64,000 nucleotides of DNA. Source: Candidatus Altimarinota bacterium (GTDB taxonomy: Bacteria; Patescibacteriota; Gracilibacteria; UBA1369). The translations under genes were made by a program, and so were the position numbers. The notes under the pieces are model-generated. The model saw only the letters and a program-made list of their open reading frames with translations. It was not told the origin of the DNA and did no database searches. The stretch spans positions 928,001 to 992,000 of the forward strand of contig OY782391.1 of NCBI GenBank assembly GCA_963677745.1, read 5' to 3'. Positions 35,185 to 45,638 of this stretch are shown here, piece after piece. Every line of letters begins with the position of its first letter. The stretch's first letter is position 1.

Positions 35185-37362
35185 ATGCTCAGATTAAGAA
35201 AAAAATTCGACTTCAGGATGAAACTGCTGATTCCCCTGGCCCTGATCCTGATTTTCATGCCATTGACGGCCCTGGCTGCCGAAAGCGGAACCAGCGATGT
35301 AATCAATAATGTCTTCAAGTTCTTTGCTGTCATTCTACAGACGCTGCAGGCGGTCTTGTGGCCGATTTTGTTGCTGTTGGGAGGACTCCTGAATAACGAC
35401 TTGCTCTTCAGCGGAGGAATGCAGACCATGTTACTCAATATCTGGAGTGCCATCCGCGATTTTGTAAACATTCTTTTTGTCCTGGGACTGCTCTTCATCG
35501 CTATTTATAACATTATCGGCCTGGCCAAGGACGAATTTGCCATTCCCAAAATCCTGCCGACCTTTGCCATTGCCCTGATTGCCGTAAATTTTTCCTTTCT
35601 GATGTGCAAGGTGGTGCTTGATGTGGTAAACGTAACCACCACCGCTATTTTCGCCGTCCCGATGGCGTCTACGTCCCTGCAAAAATACAAGGAAGATGCC
35701 GGTGCCCTGAAATCCCTCGATGACAAAATCTGCAATGACATGATGAATATGAAAGAAGTAAAAGAAACAGATAAAAAAAATCCCTATTGCGAACAGGCAG
35801 AATTCGATGCGGATAAAAAAGAAATGAAATACAAACTCAGCGATGCCGGAAAACAGTTCTTCAGCACTTTCAATTCCAGAAACGCCGCTCTGGTCATGGC
35901 GGTCGAGCTAATGGGTATTACCGATATCGACAAAGTTGAAATAAACAAAGTAAAAGATATTACCACGCTGGCCATCAATACTATCTTTTCATTGATCTTC
36001 TTTATTATTTACGCCACCGCCTTCATCGCGCTTTTTGTCACGATGCTGGTGCGCGTAATTATTCTCTGGATCAGTATTGCGCTGATGCCGATCTCCTTCC
36101 TGGGTATCGCCTTTTCCAATATTAAAAAAGAACTGGGCAAAAACGACCCCATGGAGCTCTTTTTCACTCACGCCCTGATTCCGGTTAAAGTCTCGGTGGT
36201 TTTGACCATTGGCATGATCATGATTACCCAACTCAAACAGATCGTGCCCGGCGGTACTTTCGCCACCCAGCCGGCCACCCTCAACGCCATTACTTCCAAT
36301 ATGAGCACAATCCAGGAAATCATCGCCGGACTGGCCACAGCTGCCTTTATTTGGATTGCCGCCTTCGAAGCCATGAAGGGCACTATGGCCGAAGGGATTA
36401 CCAACACAATTAAAAAGACAGTGGAAAAAGCCGGTTTGGATGTGGCCAAAATGCCTTTATATGTACCAATTTTGCCCACCAAGGGTGGTGAGAAAGTCGG
36501 TCTGGCCGCAGTGCTGCCTGCCCTGGCCGGTGCCAATCCCGCAACCGCCTATAACAAGGAGCGCCAGGCGGAAATTGATAAGAGATTCGCAGACAAAGGG
36601 ACCAGGCTTGGCAAACAACTGGATGAAGCAAAGACACAGGAAAGCGCCAAAAAAGCCGTGGCCAATACCATTATTGAATCAAATTATAAAGTTTCACCCG
36701 AATTACAGACAAAAATGGCCGCCACTATTGAAGGACAAAAACTTACTGCTGTCTTAAAGCAGCCTTCGGGTTATGGCAGCATGAAAGAATTCGTCGAGGC
36801 TTTGAGGGGCGGAAAGGTGAGTGAAGAAAAAATGAAAGAATTCTATGCTGCCAATCCCCAGAATCTGGCCGCGCAGGCTTCGGGAGTTCCGGAAGAAGCC
36901 AGCACTGCCAAGGATGTGGCTAAGAAAGCCAAAGATTCCGGAGAGAAAAAGGGCGTTGATGTCAAAGAAATCGACGATGAAGCCAAAGCATTGGAGACTC
37001 AGGCCACCGATCTTGCTACAAAACCTGACCCTGATCAGGCCAAATTAGCTACTGCTCGAGATGAGTTGAAAAAAGCCCGGGAAGCACTTGAGCGAAAAGT
37101 AGCAGCCCGCGACAACTTCAACGAGTCAACTTCAGCTGCTCATATTAAAGATACTGTTGCTGCCGATGGTACGATTTCCAGTCCTGCCAAAGCCAACGAA
37201 ATGAAAGCTAATGCCGACCGGTTTGTCGGATCACTCGATCAAAATAATAAACCGGCCAACGAAGCCGCTGTATTAAAGGCGCTGACCGCCAGAGTTAAAG
37301 AAGCTTTGGGACCGAATGTGGATGCGGAGAAAATTGCCAAACAAATACTCGCAGGTTCCTGA
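35185..37362 (+). CDS. VirB6/TrbL-like polytopic membrane protein with Lys/Ala/Glu-rich tail
   Basis: WSAIRDFVNILF...LPTFAIALIAVNFS...VLD and LVRVIILW motifs typical of CPR VirB6-like proteins (pattern recognition only). Confidence 0.7.
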   Translation: MLRLRKKFDFRMKLLIPLALILIFMPLTALAAESGTSDVINNVFKFFAVILQTLQAVLWPILLLLGGLLNNDLLFSGGMQTMLLNIWSAIRDFVNILFVLGLLFIAIYNIIGLAKDEFAIPKILPTFAIALIAVNFSFLMCKVVLDVVNVTTTAIFAVPMASTSLQKYKEDAGALKSLDDKICNDMMNMKEVKETDKKNPYCEQAEFDADKKEMKYKLSDAGKQFFSTFNSRNAALVMAVELMGITDIDKVEINKVKDITTLAINTIFSLIFFIIYATAFIALFVTMLVRVIILWISIALMPISFLGIAFSNIKKELGKNDPMELFFTHALIPVKVSVVLTIGMIMITQLKQIVPGGTFATQPATLNAITSNMSTIQEIIAGLATAAFIWIAAFEAMKGTMAEGITNTIKKTVEKAGLDVAKMPLYVPILPTKGGEKVGLAAVLPALAGANPATAYNKERQAEIDKRFADKGTRLGKQLDEAKTQESAKKAVANTIIESNYKVSPELQTKMAATIEGQKLTAVLKQPSGYGSMKEFVEALRGGKVSEEKMKEFYAANPQNLAAQASGVPEEASTAKDVAKKAKDSGEKKGVDVKEIDDEAKALETQATDLATKPDPDQAKLATARDELKKAREALERKVAARDNFNESTSAAHIKDTVAADGTISSPAKANEMKANADRFVGSLDQNNKPANEAAVLKALTARVKEALGPNVDAEKIAKQILAGS

Positions 37363-37414
37363 TAAACCAACATTGTCCCGCGACAGCCGCTCCCTGAAGC
37401 CAACCAACCAAACA

Positions 37415-37444
37415 TTGACAAGTTTAAAAATTATTAGTTAAAAT
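37415..37444 (+). promoter_or_regulatory. sigma70-like promoter
   Basis: TTGACA-18 nt-TAAAAT. Confidence 0.55.
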
Positions 37445-37475
37445 ACAGTGTCGAGCATCGTATAAATCTCAAACC

Positions 37476-40400
37476 ATGGCCAGAAGAAGAGGACCACCAA
37501 GGGGTCTCAGACAACCAGGCATCGATGACACGCAGGAGCAGCAGACCGGAGCTGTGGAAGCCGGCAGAGCCGCTGAAAAGGAGATACCTCAGCAGTCTGT
37601 CGATCTCTCCGAAAACATGTGCAATGACTTCAACAAAAAAGTTGAAGGCGTGATGTCGCGTGTCGAAGGCCTCCGGGATTTTTATCTGAAAAACCGGAAA
37701 GTCGAGGATTTTAGCGAATTCTTTGAACAAAACCACGACGCCGTGGAAAAGCTGCTGAAAACCGATCTCAATAAACCTTATCAGGACGCGGTTAAAAATT
37801 CCGCCAGACGTGATGCCCTCTATGCCAAGATGGTCAAGCCCGACAAGCCGGGAATGCCTCCAGCCATCGAGGAGGCCGATCTGGAACGTCTGATGGGCAC
37901 CATTTCCACCAAGGCGTATCTGACACTGGTTGATAAACTCAGTAAAGATGCCACCCGTGCCGTGCCTTTGACTGCCGATGATACCGACCACCTTAACAAT
38001 GCCACCGTCGACAATTTCCGGCTTGTATTGGACAATCTGAAGAGCCAAAACAAGCTTACTGATCAGGAAATACTGGACTTGACCGCGGTCGGACCGAAAA
38101 CCGCTGAACAACTGAAAGTGGCCCGTGACGAAGTGTTTACCAAAATCGCCTCCTATGACGCCAGATACAAGACCAGCCTGCTGCCCGCTTATCAGAAAAC
38201 GGTCAAGGAGGAGGAAAGGGTCAATGCCGAATTCGACCAATATATAGAAGAATACAACCGTCTGGTTAAAGGTCTGGGCGAACAGATTCAGGCCATTTAC
38301 GATAAGGAACAGGACGACAAACTCCGCCAGAAACAGCTCAAATCCCTGTCCACTCAGTCCGGCCTGCCCATCAAAGAAGGACAGGTGCTCTGGGGCGCGG
38401 AGAGGAACGCCGATGGTACTCCCGGCGGCAAAAACAACCGCATTGAGATTAAAAGCCTCAGTTTTGAGGGCGTTGCCGAACCCGACCCGGAAATGCATCC
38501 GGATTTTCACACGCTGGTTCCGACCTTTGAACCTGTGGTGACTTTCAATTCTTTGGCCCAGGACGGCAGCGGCACCGTGATCGAACAGAAACTTACCGCC
38601 GCCAATTTCATGAAATGGCTGGTGGCCAACCAGGTTACCGAGAAATTTGAATCCGTACAGGAGCTGGAAAATGCTTTGGATCTTCCCGGATTTATTAAAC
38701 CCGGGCAATCATTTGAGTATCTGGAACCGGTGAAACCGGCTGCGGCAAATACCGACGGAACGGACCAGCAGCCCCTTCCCGAAGCCAAAACGGTCACCAT
38801 TGTGAAAGTTGAGGACGGCAAAATTTACCTGAGCGGAGAGGTCTTTTTGGACGGATTCGCCATGGGAAAGGGGCTTGACGCTCCACACCTGACCTCGGAA
38901 TTGGATTTCGGACAATTTGCCCGCTGGTACAGAAAACTTAACGCCGTACCGGAAATCGATGACCTGAAAAAACTCGATGAGATGCTGGAACTGCATCATA
39001 AAAAACTGGTGGCGGAACTGGGCATGGAAGAAATTTCCGGGGATCCGATCAATCTGTCCGACGCGGATTATCCGCTTACCCTGACCTCTGCCTATGATTT
39101 GGAAAAGCCTCCCTACCAGATTAATAAAGTGGAAAACGGTCTGATTGAGGACTCTGAAGGTCACGTCATGACCCCCGGTCAGTTTCTGCGCAAGGTCCGG
39201 GAAGACGGTTTAATGCTTCCGACTGAAGAACAACTGGAGGAGATGAAGAAAATTGCCGAGGGGAAAAGGGATGCCGATCAGTTGGATGCCCTGGCGGAGC
39301 TGGAAAATCAGATGAAACAGAAGCAGCAACCGGAAGGGCCGGCCGGAAAAACAGTGGACAAAGCTGCCGCCGTCTCGGCGATTAAAAAGAAAGGTTACTG
39401 GAGCAGCCTCTGGGAAAAAACTCATTTTCTCAATCTGATCGAAATTTATGAAATATTTATCAAAGCTCCTTATGACAGGATCAAGGCCAAGCTGAAAGAT
39501 AATTCGGAAAGACGCGTGGCAGAAGCGGGCAAGGAAATCTGGCGGGGAACACCCAATGTGCTGGGTTTGGGCGATCTGCCGGGCATTTTTGAAGATAAAG
39601 CCAACGGTAAAATTGCCAATGACGTCAAGGAACTGGAGGAACTCTATAATAAGAACAAAACCACCCAGGAAGTATTTGAGATTCTTTATTCCACCAATAA
39701 AAAAGTTGTCGTAAAAGCCTGTCTGCAATTTCTGTCCAAAAAAGGAGTGATCCGCTGGGAGGATGACAAAAGGCTTTGGAGCGTGCTCAATCATGTCTTT
39801 CCTAACACCACTTATCTGGAGGAATTTCATCAGCAGGTTGGCCCCGGTGCCAAAGTTGAGGTGGGGGATGGTACCCATGAACGGTTTCCGCAGGTTGGTA
39901 TCCGTGAACAGATACGCTGTCTGCTGGACAAGAACTTTTCTCCGGGTACTTTCGACTCGATTGACCGTGAGAATGAAGGCAAATACAAATCTGAAAAGCA
40001 GAATACCGCCGACAACATGCACCGTTATGAATTCATGCAGGGTGGAATTCAGAACCAGTTGCAGAAAATGCTTAATGACTGGGAAAACGGCGTGGCCGTC
40101 AAATCCTTTGAATTCGATGGTCTGTTGACACAGGCCGTCCAGAAAATGGAGTTCACCTTTGAACAGGGCATCATGTTTTTGATAGCCGGATTTTCCATCC
40201 CCAATAAACACGGTCAGACCCTGCTCAGTTATTCCCGCCTTAATTCCTATGTGGGAGGCATGGCCAACCACCTGATGTATTTCTATTTTGCCACCGGTTA
40301 TCCCCAGATCGATGAAAACGGCAATCCGGTGCTGAATCCTGATGGCAGTGTCAAAGAAGGCAAGATCAGCCTCAATCATTTGAAGCAGATCTATAACACT

Positions 40401-41207
40401 GTCATTAAAAAAGACATTGATGAAAACGAACGTAAAGGCAAGACCGGCAGCGCCAAGTTTACGGCCGGTAAAAATACCATCGAGTGGATCCAGAAAGAAA
40501 TGCTCGGCAACAGTCTGGTCAAGAAGAAACTCGGTCTTAAAGCCGGCAGCACCGACATCGATGTGGGTCTTTACCATTATATCGGTCCCAATATCCGCCA
40601 GGAATATCTGGATAAACTGCTCGGAAAGACTTACGGCTCACTGCAATCCACCGACGCCCTGAAAAATATGTACGCCGGCTACAACAGCCAGCTGATCATC
40701 AAGGCCAACATGCTCGAACCAAGCACAGATGAGTCCAAAAACCAGACCAATGCCGACGAGTTTGCCAATATGCTTTACGGATTTATTTATTTCAACAATA
40801 TCCTGAAAAGCCGTATCAAACGCGACAGCCAAGCCTATATCAGATTTAACGATCTGGCCTTTAACAGTGCGCCGCTGGCCGATAAAAAGAAAAAGACCGG
40901 AGTGTTCTGCAATGAACTGGAAAACTTTACCGCCGCCTTTGCCGGCGGGCTGGCCCAGCTGTCCGGAGATGAAGAACTGGCCCGCCTGGCCGGACAAGTC
41001 GTCCCGCCGGAAATTAAGGCTGTCCCCGATGAAGTGGAAGCCGACTTCAGAGAGTCTCTTTATAAGAATATTATGAAAATGTCCAAGGAGAAACCCGATG
41101 AACTGGCTAAACTGGCGAGCAACGCTGCTTCCCTGATGAATGGTATTTCCGGTTTCCAGCTGACCCCCGAGGAACTGAAAAAGCAAAGAGAAGAATCGGC
41201 AGCCTGA
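37476..41207 (+). CDS. Large hypothetical protein (1243 aa)
   Basis: Long acidic ORF, no signal peptide, coiled-coil N-region, three internal degenerate repeats. Confidence 0.88.
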   Translation: MARRRGPPRGLRQPGIDDTQEQQTGAVEAGRAAEKEIPQQSVDLSENMCNDFNKKVEGVMSRVEGLRDFYLKNRKVEDFSEFFEQNHDAVEKLLKTDLNKPYQDAVKNSARRDALYAKMVKPDKPGMPPAIEEADLERLMGTISTKAYLTLVDKLSKDATRAVPLTADDTDHLNNATVDNFRLVLDNLKSQNKLTDQEILDLTAVGPKTAEQLKVARDEVFTKIASYDARYKTSLLPAYQKTVKEEERVNAEFDQYIEEYNRLVKGLGEQIQAIYDKEQDDKLRQKQLKSLSTQSGLPIKEGQVLWGAERNADGTPGGKNNRIEIKSLSFEGVAEPDPEMHPDFHTLVPTFEPVVTFNSLAQDGSGTVIEQKLTAANFMKWLVANQVTEKFESVQELENALDLPGFIKPGQSFEYLEPVKPAAANTDGTDQQPLPEAKTVTIVKVEDGKIYLSGEVFLDGFAMGKGLDAPHLTSELDFGQFARWYRKLNAVPEIDDLKKLDEMLELHHKKLVAELGMEEISGDPINLSDADYPLTLTSAYDLEKPPYQINKVENGLIEDSEGHVMTPGQFLRKVREDGLMLPTEEQLEEMKKIAEGKRDADQLDALAELENQMKQKQQPEGPAGKTVDKAAAVSAIKKKGYWSSLWEKTHFLNLIEIYEIFIKAPYDRIKAKLKDNSERRVAEAGKEIWRGTPNVLGLGDLPGIFEDKANGKIANDVKELEELYNKNKTTQEVFEILYSTNKKVVVKACLQFLSKKGVIRWEDDKRLWSVLNHVFPNTTYLEEFHQQVGPGAKVEVGDGTHERFPQVGIREQIRCLLDKNFSPGTFDSIDRENEGKYKSEKQNTADNMHRYEFMQGGIQNQLQKMLNDWENGVAVKSFEFDGLLTQAVQKMEFTFEQGIMFLIAGFSIPNKHGQTLLSYSRLNSYVGGMANHLMYFYFATGYPQIDENGNPVLNPDGSVKEGKISLNHLKQIYNTVIKKDIDENERKGKTGSAKFTAGKNTIEWIQKEMLGNSLVKKKLGLKAGSTDIDVGLYHYIGPNIRQEYLDKLLGKTYGSLQSTDALKNMYAGYNSQLIIKANMLEPSTDESKNQTNADEFANMLYGFIYFNNILKSRIKRDSQAYIRFNDLAFNSAPLADKKKKTGVFCNELENFTAAFAGGLAQLSGDEELARLAGQVVPPEIKAVPDEVEADFRESLYKNIMKMSKEKPDELAKLASNAASLMNGISGFQLTPEELKKQREESAA

Positions 41208-41222
41208 ATAGATTTAAAGTGT

Positions 41223-41273
41223 GCGCCCCGCGCGATCAAGTCCTTCTGGACGATCGGCGCGGGGCGCTTTTTT
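41223..41273 (+). terminator. Rho-independent terminator
   Basis: GCGCCCCGCGC...GCGCGGGGCGC stem followed by TTTTTT. Confidence 0.8.
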
Positions 41274-41278
41274 CTGAA

Positions 41279-41560
41279 CTATCCGGTCCGGGAATGGCTG
41301 ACAGAGGCTTTCCTGATCTCCACCCTGATTTGCGGCCGGTCATCCATCTTGTAGATGACATTTTGCCACAGCAGTGCCTTCAGGGGGGGCGAGGAAGGGG
41401 CGGTAGGGCCCCCGTACATCCTCATCCAGACCAATGCCAGCAGTCCCAATGCCGCGGGCAGCACTTCCTCCGCCAGATATCCCAGTCTCAGCAGACCGAA
41501 GGCTCCCGCCACCAGAAAAGTCATGATTGCGGCCAGCAGAACCAGCACCAGAGGTCTCAT
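41279..41560 (-). CDS. Small 2-TM hypothetical protein
   Basis: 93 aa; SD GAGGAG upstream; TATAAT further upstream. Confidence 0.55.
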   Translation of the reverse strand: MRPLVLVLLAAIMTFLVAGAFGLLRLGYLAEEVLPAALGLLALVWMRMYGGPTAPSSPPLKALLWQNVIYKMDDRPQIRVEIRKASVSHSRTG

Positions 41561-41807
41561 TAAGCACGTCCTCCTCTTCCCGCAGTTTGCGGTATCCCGG
41601 TTAATTATAGTTCAGCAAAGTGTATTCTGCGGACAAAATCGCTCCGGCCAGGCCGGATTGGCGCCTTGCACGCAAGATTCACTCTGCTACTTAGAAATTT
41701 TAAGGATCAACAATAGAACTGGAGAAGAGCCATTTAAGCACTTTCCAGAAAAAATGCAAGTGGCCGTGCAAAAGTCCGGAACTGGGCTGAAATAAGCAGA
41801 AAATAGG

Positions 41808-41836
41808 TTGACAACCGCAAACCGGACTACTATTAT
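41808..41836 (+). promoter_or_regulatory. sigma70-like promoter
   Basis: TTGACA-17 nt-TATTAT. Confidence 0.6.
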
Positions 41837-41931
41837 CCGGCGCGTGTGATCGCCAGCTGTTTCAAGCGGCCGGCTTTCCGACCCTAAACAAACCGGAAAG
41901 GTAAGGTTACTAGCGTGGAGAGACGGATGAA

Positions 41932-42402
41932 ATGACTTCCAACACAGCAGTTATCAACCAGATGGACGTGACCATTCACAGCAATGAGATTTGGCCGTAC
42001 ATCAACCAGAACAACATCTCTACGGCGCAATTCGGAGCAGTCTGCGTTCGGCTCTACCGCCTGTTCCGCGACTGCCAATGGCCCCTGATCGACTATGTCA
42101 GGCCGCCCCATTCGGATGGCATCGAGGAGCTTCACAAGCAGCCGTACGCTACCGTTCTGCGTCTGATCGCAGTGTCCAAACTGGAGGAGGAGATCAAAAA
42201 AGTAAAATCCAAAACCAAGCTCTCCGAGTACAGCCCCGAAATCCGGGGATTCCGCGAGCAGATGGTTGAGCATTTGGAGACTGTGCTCGCCACTGCTCCC
42301 GAGCTGGTCATCAACGATTCAGTCCGGAATTGGCTGCAACGGATTCAACCCCGTCCCGCCAGTCATCCGGCTTCCATCCCCGCTCCGGCTCCGCAGCCGT
42401 AA
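41932..42402 (+). CDS. Hypothetical protein
   Basis: 156-aa ORF with its own promoter and a Pro-rich tail. Confidence 0.6.
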   Translation: MTSNTAVINQMDVTIHSNEIWPYINQNNISTAQFGAVCVRLYRLFRDCQWPLIDYVRPPHSDGIEELHKQPYATVLRLIAVSKLEEEIKKVKSKTKLSEYSPEIRGFREQMVEHLETVLATAPELVINDSVRNWLQRIQPRPASHPASIPAPAPQP

Positions 42403-42425
42403 AGTACCCTTCGCCGTTCCGGTCT

Positions 42426-42474
42426 GGCCTGTTCCCCCTTTTCATCGCCATCGCGATAAGAGAGGGGGCAGGCC
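42426..42474. terminator. Long hairpin between convergent genes
   Basis: GGCCTG..CCCCT..ATCGC / GCGAT..AGGGG.CAGGCC inverted repeat. Confidence 0.4.
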
Positions 42475-42493
42475 GATCCGAAATTTCAGAATA

Positions 42494-44386
42494 TTAAAGA
42501 TGCAGTTTCCTTTCCTTGATTTCTTCCAGTAATTGTCCGATAAATTTTTCTCTGGACAGCATTTTTTGTTCCTTACTGCCATAACGGCGCACCGAAAAGT
42601 CTTCACCGCCGACTTCCTTGTCACCCACTACCAGCATGTAGGGTATTTTCATCATCTCGGCATTGCGGATGCGTTTGCCCAGACTGTCATGGCTGTCGTC
42701 CACCTCGGCCCTCACCATCTTATCAGTCAGTTCAGCCTGCAGTTGGCGGGCAAATTCCTGATGGCTGTCGGAAACCGGAATAATCTTCACCTGCACCGGC
42801 GCCAGCCAGGTCGGGAAAGCTCCGGCAAAATGTTCGATCAGAAAACCGATCAGACGTTCATGCGTGGACAGGGGCGCGCGGTGAATGCACAGCGGTGTCT
42901 GTTCTTTGCCATCCTGGTCGATATAAGTCATGTTAAACCTCTTCGGAACGGCAAAATCCACCTGATTGGTGGCCAGTGTAAATTCGCGGCCGATGGCGCT
43001 CCAAACCTCCACGTCGATTTTCGGACCGTAAAAAGCAGCCTCGTTTTCAGCTTCTACCGTCGGCACATTGGCTTTTTTGAGGATTTTCCGTACCATTTCT
43101 TCGGTCTTTATCCACAATTCCGGTTCATCGACATATTTCTTCCCCAATCCTTCTTTGGCGTGCAGTGACAGTCTCATCACATATTTTTCAATGCCCAACA
43201 GCTTGAAATAATCCAGATACATTTGGACTACATCCAGAAACTCTTTTTCAAACTGGTCCTCTGTGCAATAGATATGGGCGTCATTCATTTGCATAGAACG
43301 CACGCGCATCAGGCCAAACAGAGACCCGGAATCTTCATAGCGGTGGCAGGTGCCGTATTCGGCCAGACGCAGCGGTAAATCACGGTAGCTCTTAGGCGAG
43401 GCCAGATAACACTGATGATGGAAAGGACAATTCATCGGCTTCAGATAGTAATTCTCATCGTCGATCACCATCGGCGCATACATTGAATCTTTATAATAGG
43501 GAAGATGACCCGATTGGATGAACAGGTCTTCCTTGGTGATCAAAGGAGTGCGCACTCTCTTGTAGCCGGCCTTGAATTCCACTTCCTTGGCCAGTTTTTC
43601 CAGCTCTTCGATCAGCACGCCGCCGTTGGGCAACCATAGTGGCAGTCCCGGGCCGATTTTCTCCGAAAAGGCAAAAATTTCCAGGTCGGCCCCCAGTTTG
43701 CGGTGATCGCGTTTCTTGGCTTCTTCCAGCATCTGCAGATATTTGTTCAGTTCTTCCTTGGTTTCAAAACACAGTCCGTAAATCCTCTGCAGCATCGGGC
43801 GATGCTCATCCCCGCGCCAGTAGGCTCCGGCGATTTTGTATAGTTTGAAAGCTCCGGTTTCTCCGGTACTGGACGCGTGTCCTCCCATGCATAAATCCCA
43901 GAATTTCATCTTTCCTTCCTTGTCGCGGTTTTCGTAAAAAGAAAGTTCTCTTTCGCCGGTTTTGGCCAGATCCTCCGCCAATTCTACTTTGTAGGGCTGA
44001 CCGGTGCCTTTCAGAAATTCGATGGCCTTGTCAATCGGCTCCACGTTGCGGTGGAAAGTTTGTTTTTCATTAACGATTTTGCGCATTTTCTCCTGCAGGA
44101 TATCCAGATCTTCGGGGATCAATGTGCGGGGCAGTTCAAAGTCATAATAGAAACCGTTGTCGATGGTTGGGCCGATGCCCAGCTTGGCCTCCGGGAACAT
44201 CTGCAGTACGGCCTGGGCCAGAATATGCGAGCAGCTATGGCGCATGTGATCCAGACGCTCTTCCGGAGTGTCGGCGCGGTCAATAGTGTCGTTGTCGGCG
44301 GTGGTAGTCCCTGTAGCTTTTGTTGTCTGGGCGGCCTTTTCTTGATGGTCATTTGGGCTTTTCTGTTCAGCTTTTTTGGGGGACAT
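42494..44386 (-). CDS. thrS: Threonine--tRNA ligase (no TGS domain)
   Basis: RHSCSH, GAYWRGD, RDHRKLG, KPMNCP, FYGPKID. Confidence 0.97.
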   Translation of the reverse strand: MSPKKAEQKSPNDHQEKAAQTTKATGTTTADNDTIDRADTPEERLDHMRHSCSHILAQAVLQMFPEAKLGIGPTIDNGFYYDFELPRTLIPEDLDILQEKMRKIVNEKQTFHRNVEPIDKAIEFLKGTGQPYKVELAEDLAKTGERELSFYENRDKEGKMKFWDLCMGGHASSTGETGAFKLYKIAGAYWRGDEHRPMLQRIYGLCFETKEELNKYLQMLEEAKKRDHRKLGADLEIFAFSEKIGPGLPLWLPNGGVLIEELEKLAKEVEFKAGYKRVRTPLITKEDLFIQSGHLPYYKDSMYAPMVIDDENYYLKPMNCPFHHQCYLASPKSYRDLPLRLAEYGTCHRYEDSGSLFGLMRVRSMQMNDAHIYCTEDQFEKEFLDVVQMYLDYFKLLGIEKYVMRLSLHAKEGLGKKYVDEPELWIKTEEMVRKILKKANVPTVEAENEAAFYGPKIDVEVWSAIGREFTLATNQVDFAVPKRFNMTYIDQDGKEQTPLCIHRAPLSTHERLIGFLIEHFAGAFPTWLAPVQVKIIPVSDSHQEFARQLQAELTDKMVRAEVDDSHDSLGKRIRNAEMMKIPYMLVVGDKEVGGEDFSVRRYGSKEQKMLSREKFIGQLLEEIKERKLHL

Positions 44387-44506
44387 AATTAAAAATTAAA
44401 AAAATAGAGCAGAACCACTATACAGCAGAACCAGCTTTATTTACAAAAATTTCCTGGCCGCCGGGATGGTCACTTAATCATTCGTTGCACAAACTTTTAC
44501 AGGTCA

Positions 44507-44538
44507 GCCGAACCTGGTCACGTGACCATTCGTTTGGC
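44507..44538. repeat. Hairpin with perfect 14-bp palindrome TGGTCACGTGACCA
   Basis: Palindrome at 44515-44528, flanked by GCCGAAC / GTTTGGC. Confidence 0.7.
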
Positions 44539-44696
44539 AATCTTTTACGGCGGGGTACAGATAGTGGAAACAGCATGTGAAAGCCGGAAACCGCGTGTAT
44601 ATTGCGCGTCAACTACTGGTGGACTTCAAGCACTAAAAATCGCGCGGAGGGCTTGTTTATGCTATATAATTGATAATACACCTTCACCGGAAAACC

Positions 44697-45611
44697 ATGG
44701 CCAAGCGGAACGATTTTCATCAGTCAGCTTTGTCTCATCAGTTGAGCGAAGACGCCCTGACCGATCAACAACTTTTGGAAAAATTTAAATATTATGGAGC
44801 GCGGGCCATGAATGCGCGCAACAAATGCATCGGGCTATTGCCGGAGATCCACCGGCGTGAATTGTTTCGCCGGCATGGATATGAATCAATTTACGAATTT
44901 GCCTCCAAACTGGCAGGCCTCAGCCACGAACAGGTCAACAGGGTGATCAATTTGGAGCAGCGGCTTCAGGATAAACCGGATCTGCACGCTGCTCTTGTTA
45001 AAGGCGAGATTGGTGTCAACAAACTGCGTAAAGTAATTAGCATTGTCACTTTGGAAAATCAGGCGGAGGTTGCGGAAACGGTGCGCACATTGTCAGTCAG
45101 GGCAGTGGAAACTCTGGTGAGAGATCAGAAAGTGGCAGCAGCTCTGGCAGATGCCCGGCCCGGTGACGGGGAAAAAATTAGAGATGGTCACGTGACCATG
45201 CAAAAGACCATGTTTTCCGAGGAGTTGCAATTAGATCCGGAGGTCCAAAAGCGGCTGTTAGATATGCAGAAAAAGGGCTTGGATATAAATAAATTGCTGA
45301 AAGAGTTTTTGCAAAAACATCAGGAGGTAATCGAAGCCGAGAAAAACAGGATCGCTGAAAACCTGCCCTCTACGGCTTCCAGCCATTATGTGCCAGCCAG
45401 AGTAAAAAATGTGCTTCTTCAGGAATTTGGTAAAAAATGCAGTGTACCAGAATGTTACCGGCCAGCTGAGACTCTACATCACACGCGGCGATTTGCCCTG
45501 GTAGCCAGTCATGATCCGCGTTTTATGGCGCCTTTATGTGTCGGGCATCATGAGCTGGCCCATCGGGTGGATGGAAAAGTGCAGCGACACAGAAAAATTA
45601 ACTTTACCTGA
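44697..45611 (+). CDS. HNH-type endonuclease-like protein with DUF222-like N-terminal region
   Basis: GYESIYEFA N-terminal motif; C-terminal CSVPEC...LHH...H...LCVGHH...H; ATG at 44697. Confidence 0.75.
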   Translation: MAKRNDFHQSALSHQLSEDALTDQQLLEKFKYYGARAMNARNKCIGLLPEIHRRELFRRHGYESIYEFASKLAGLSHEQVNRVINLEQRLQDKPDLHAALVKGEIGVNKLRKVISIVTLENQAEVAETVRTLSVRAVETLVRDQKVAAALADARPGDGEKIRDGHVTMQKTMFSEELQLDPEVQKRLLDMQKKGLDINKLLKEFLQKHQEVIEAEKNRIAENLPSTASSHYVPARVKNVLLQEFGKKCSVPECYRPAETLHHTRRFALVASHDPRFMAPLCVGHHELAHRVDGKVQRHRKINFT

Positions 45612-45638
45612 AAAGACGCTTACTTTTTCAAGAGATGG

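Noticed and set aside
37434-40577. Antisense ORFs of 424, 151 and 455 aa
   Set aside because: Mirror-frame shadows of the 1243-aa gene, with Phe/Leu/Val composition typical of antisense frames.
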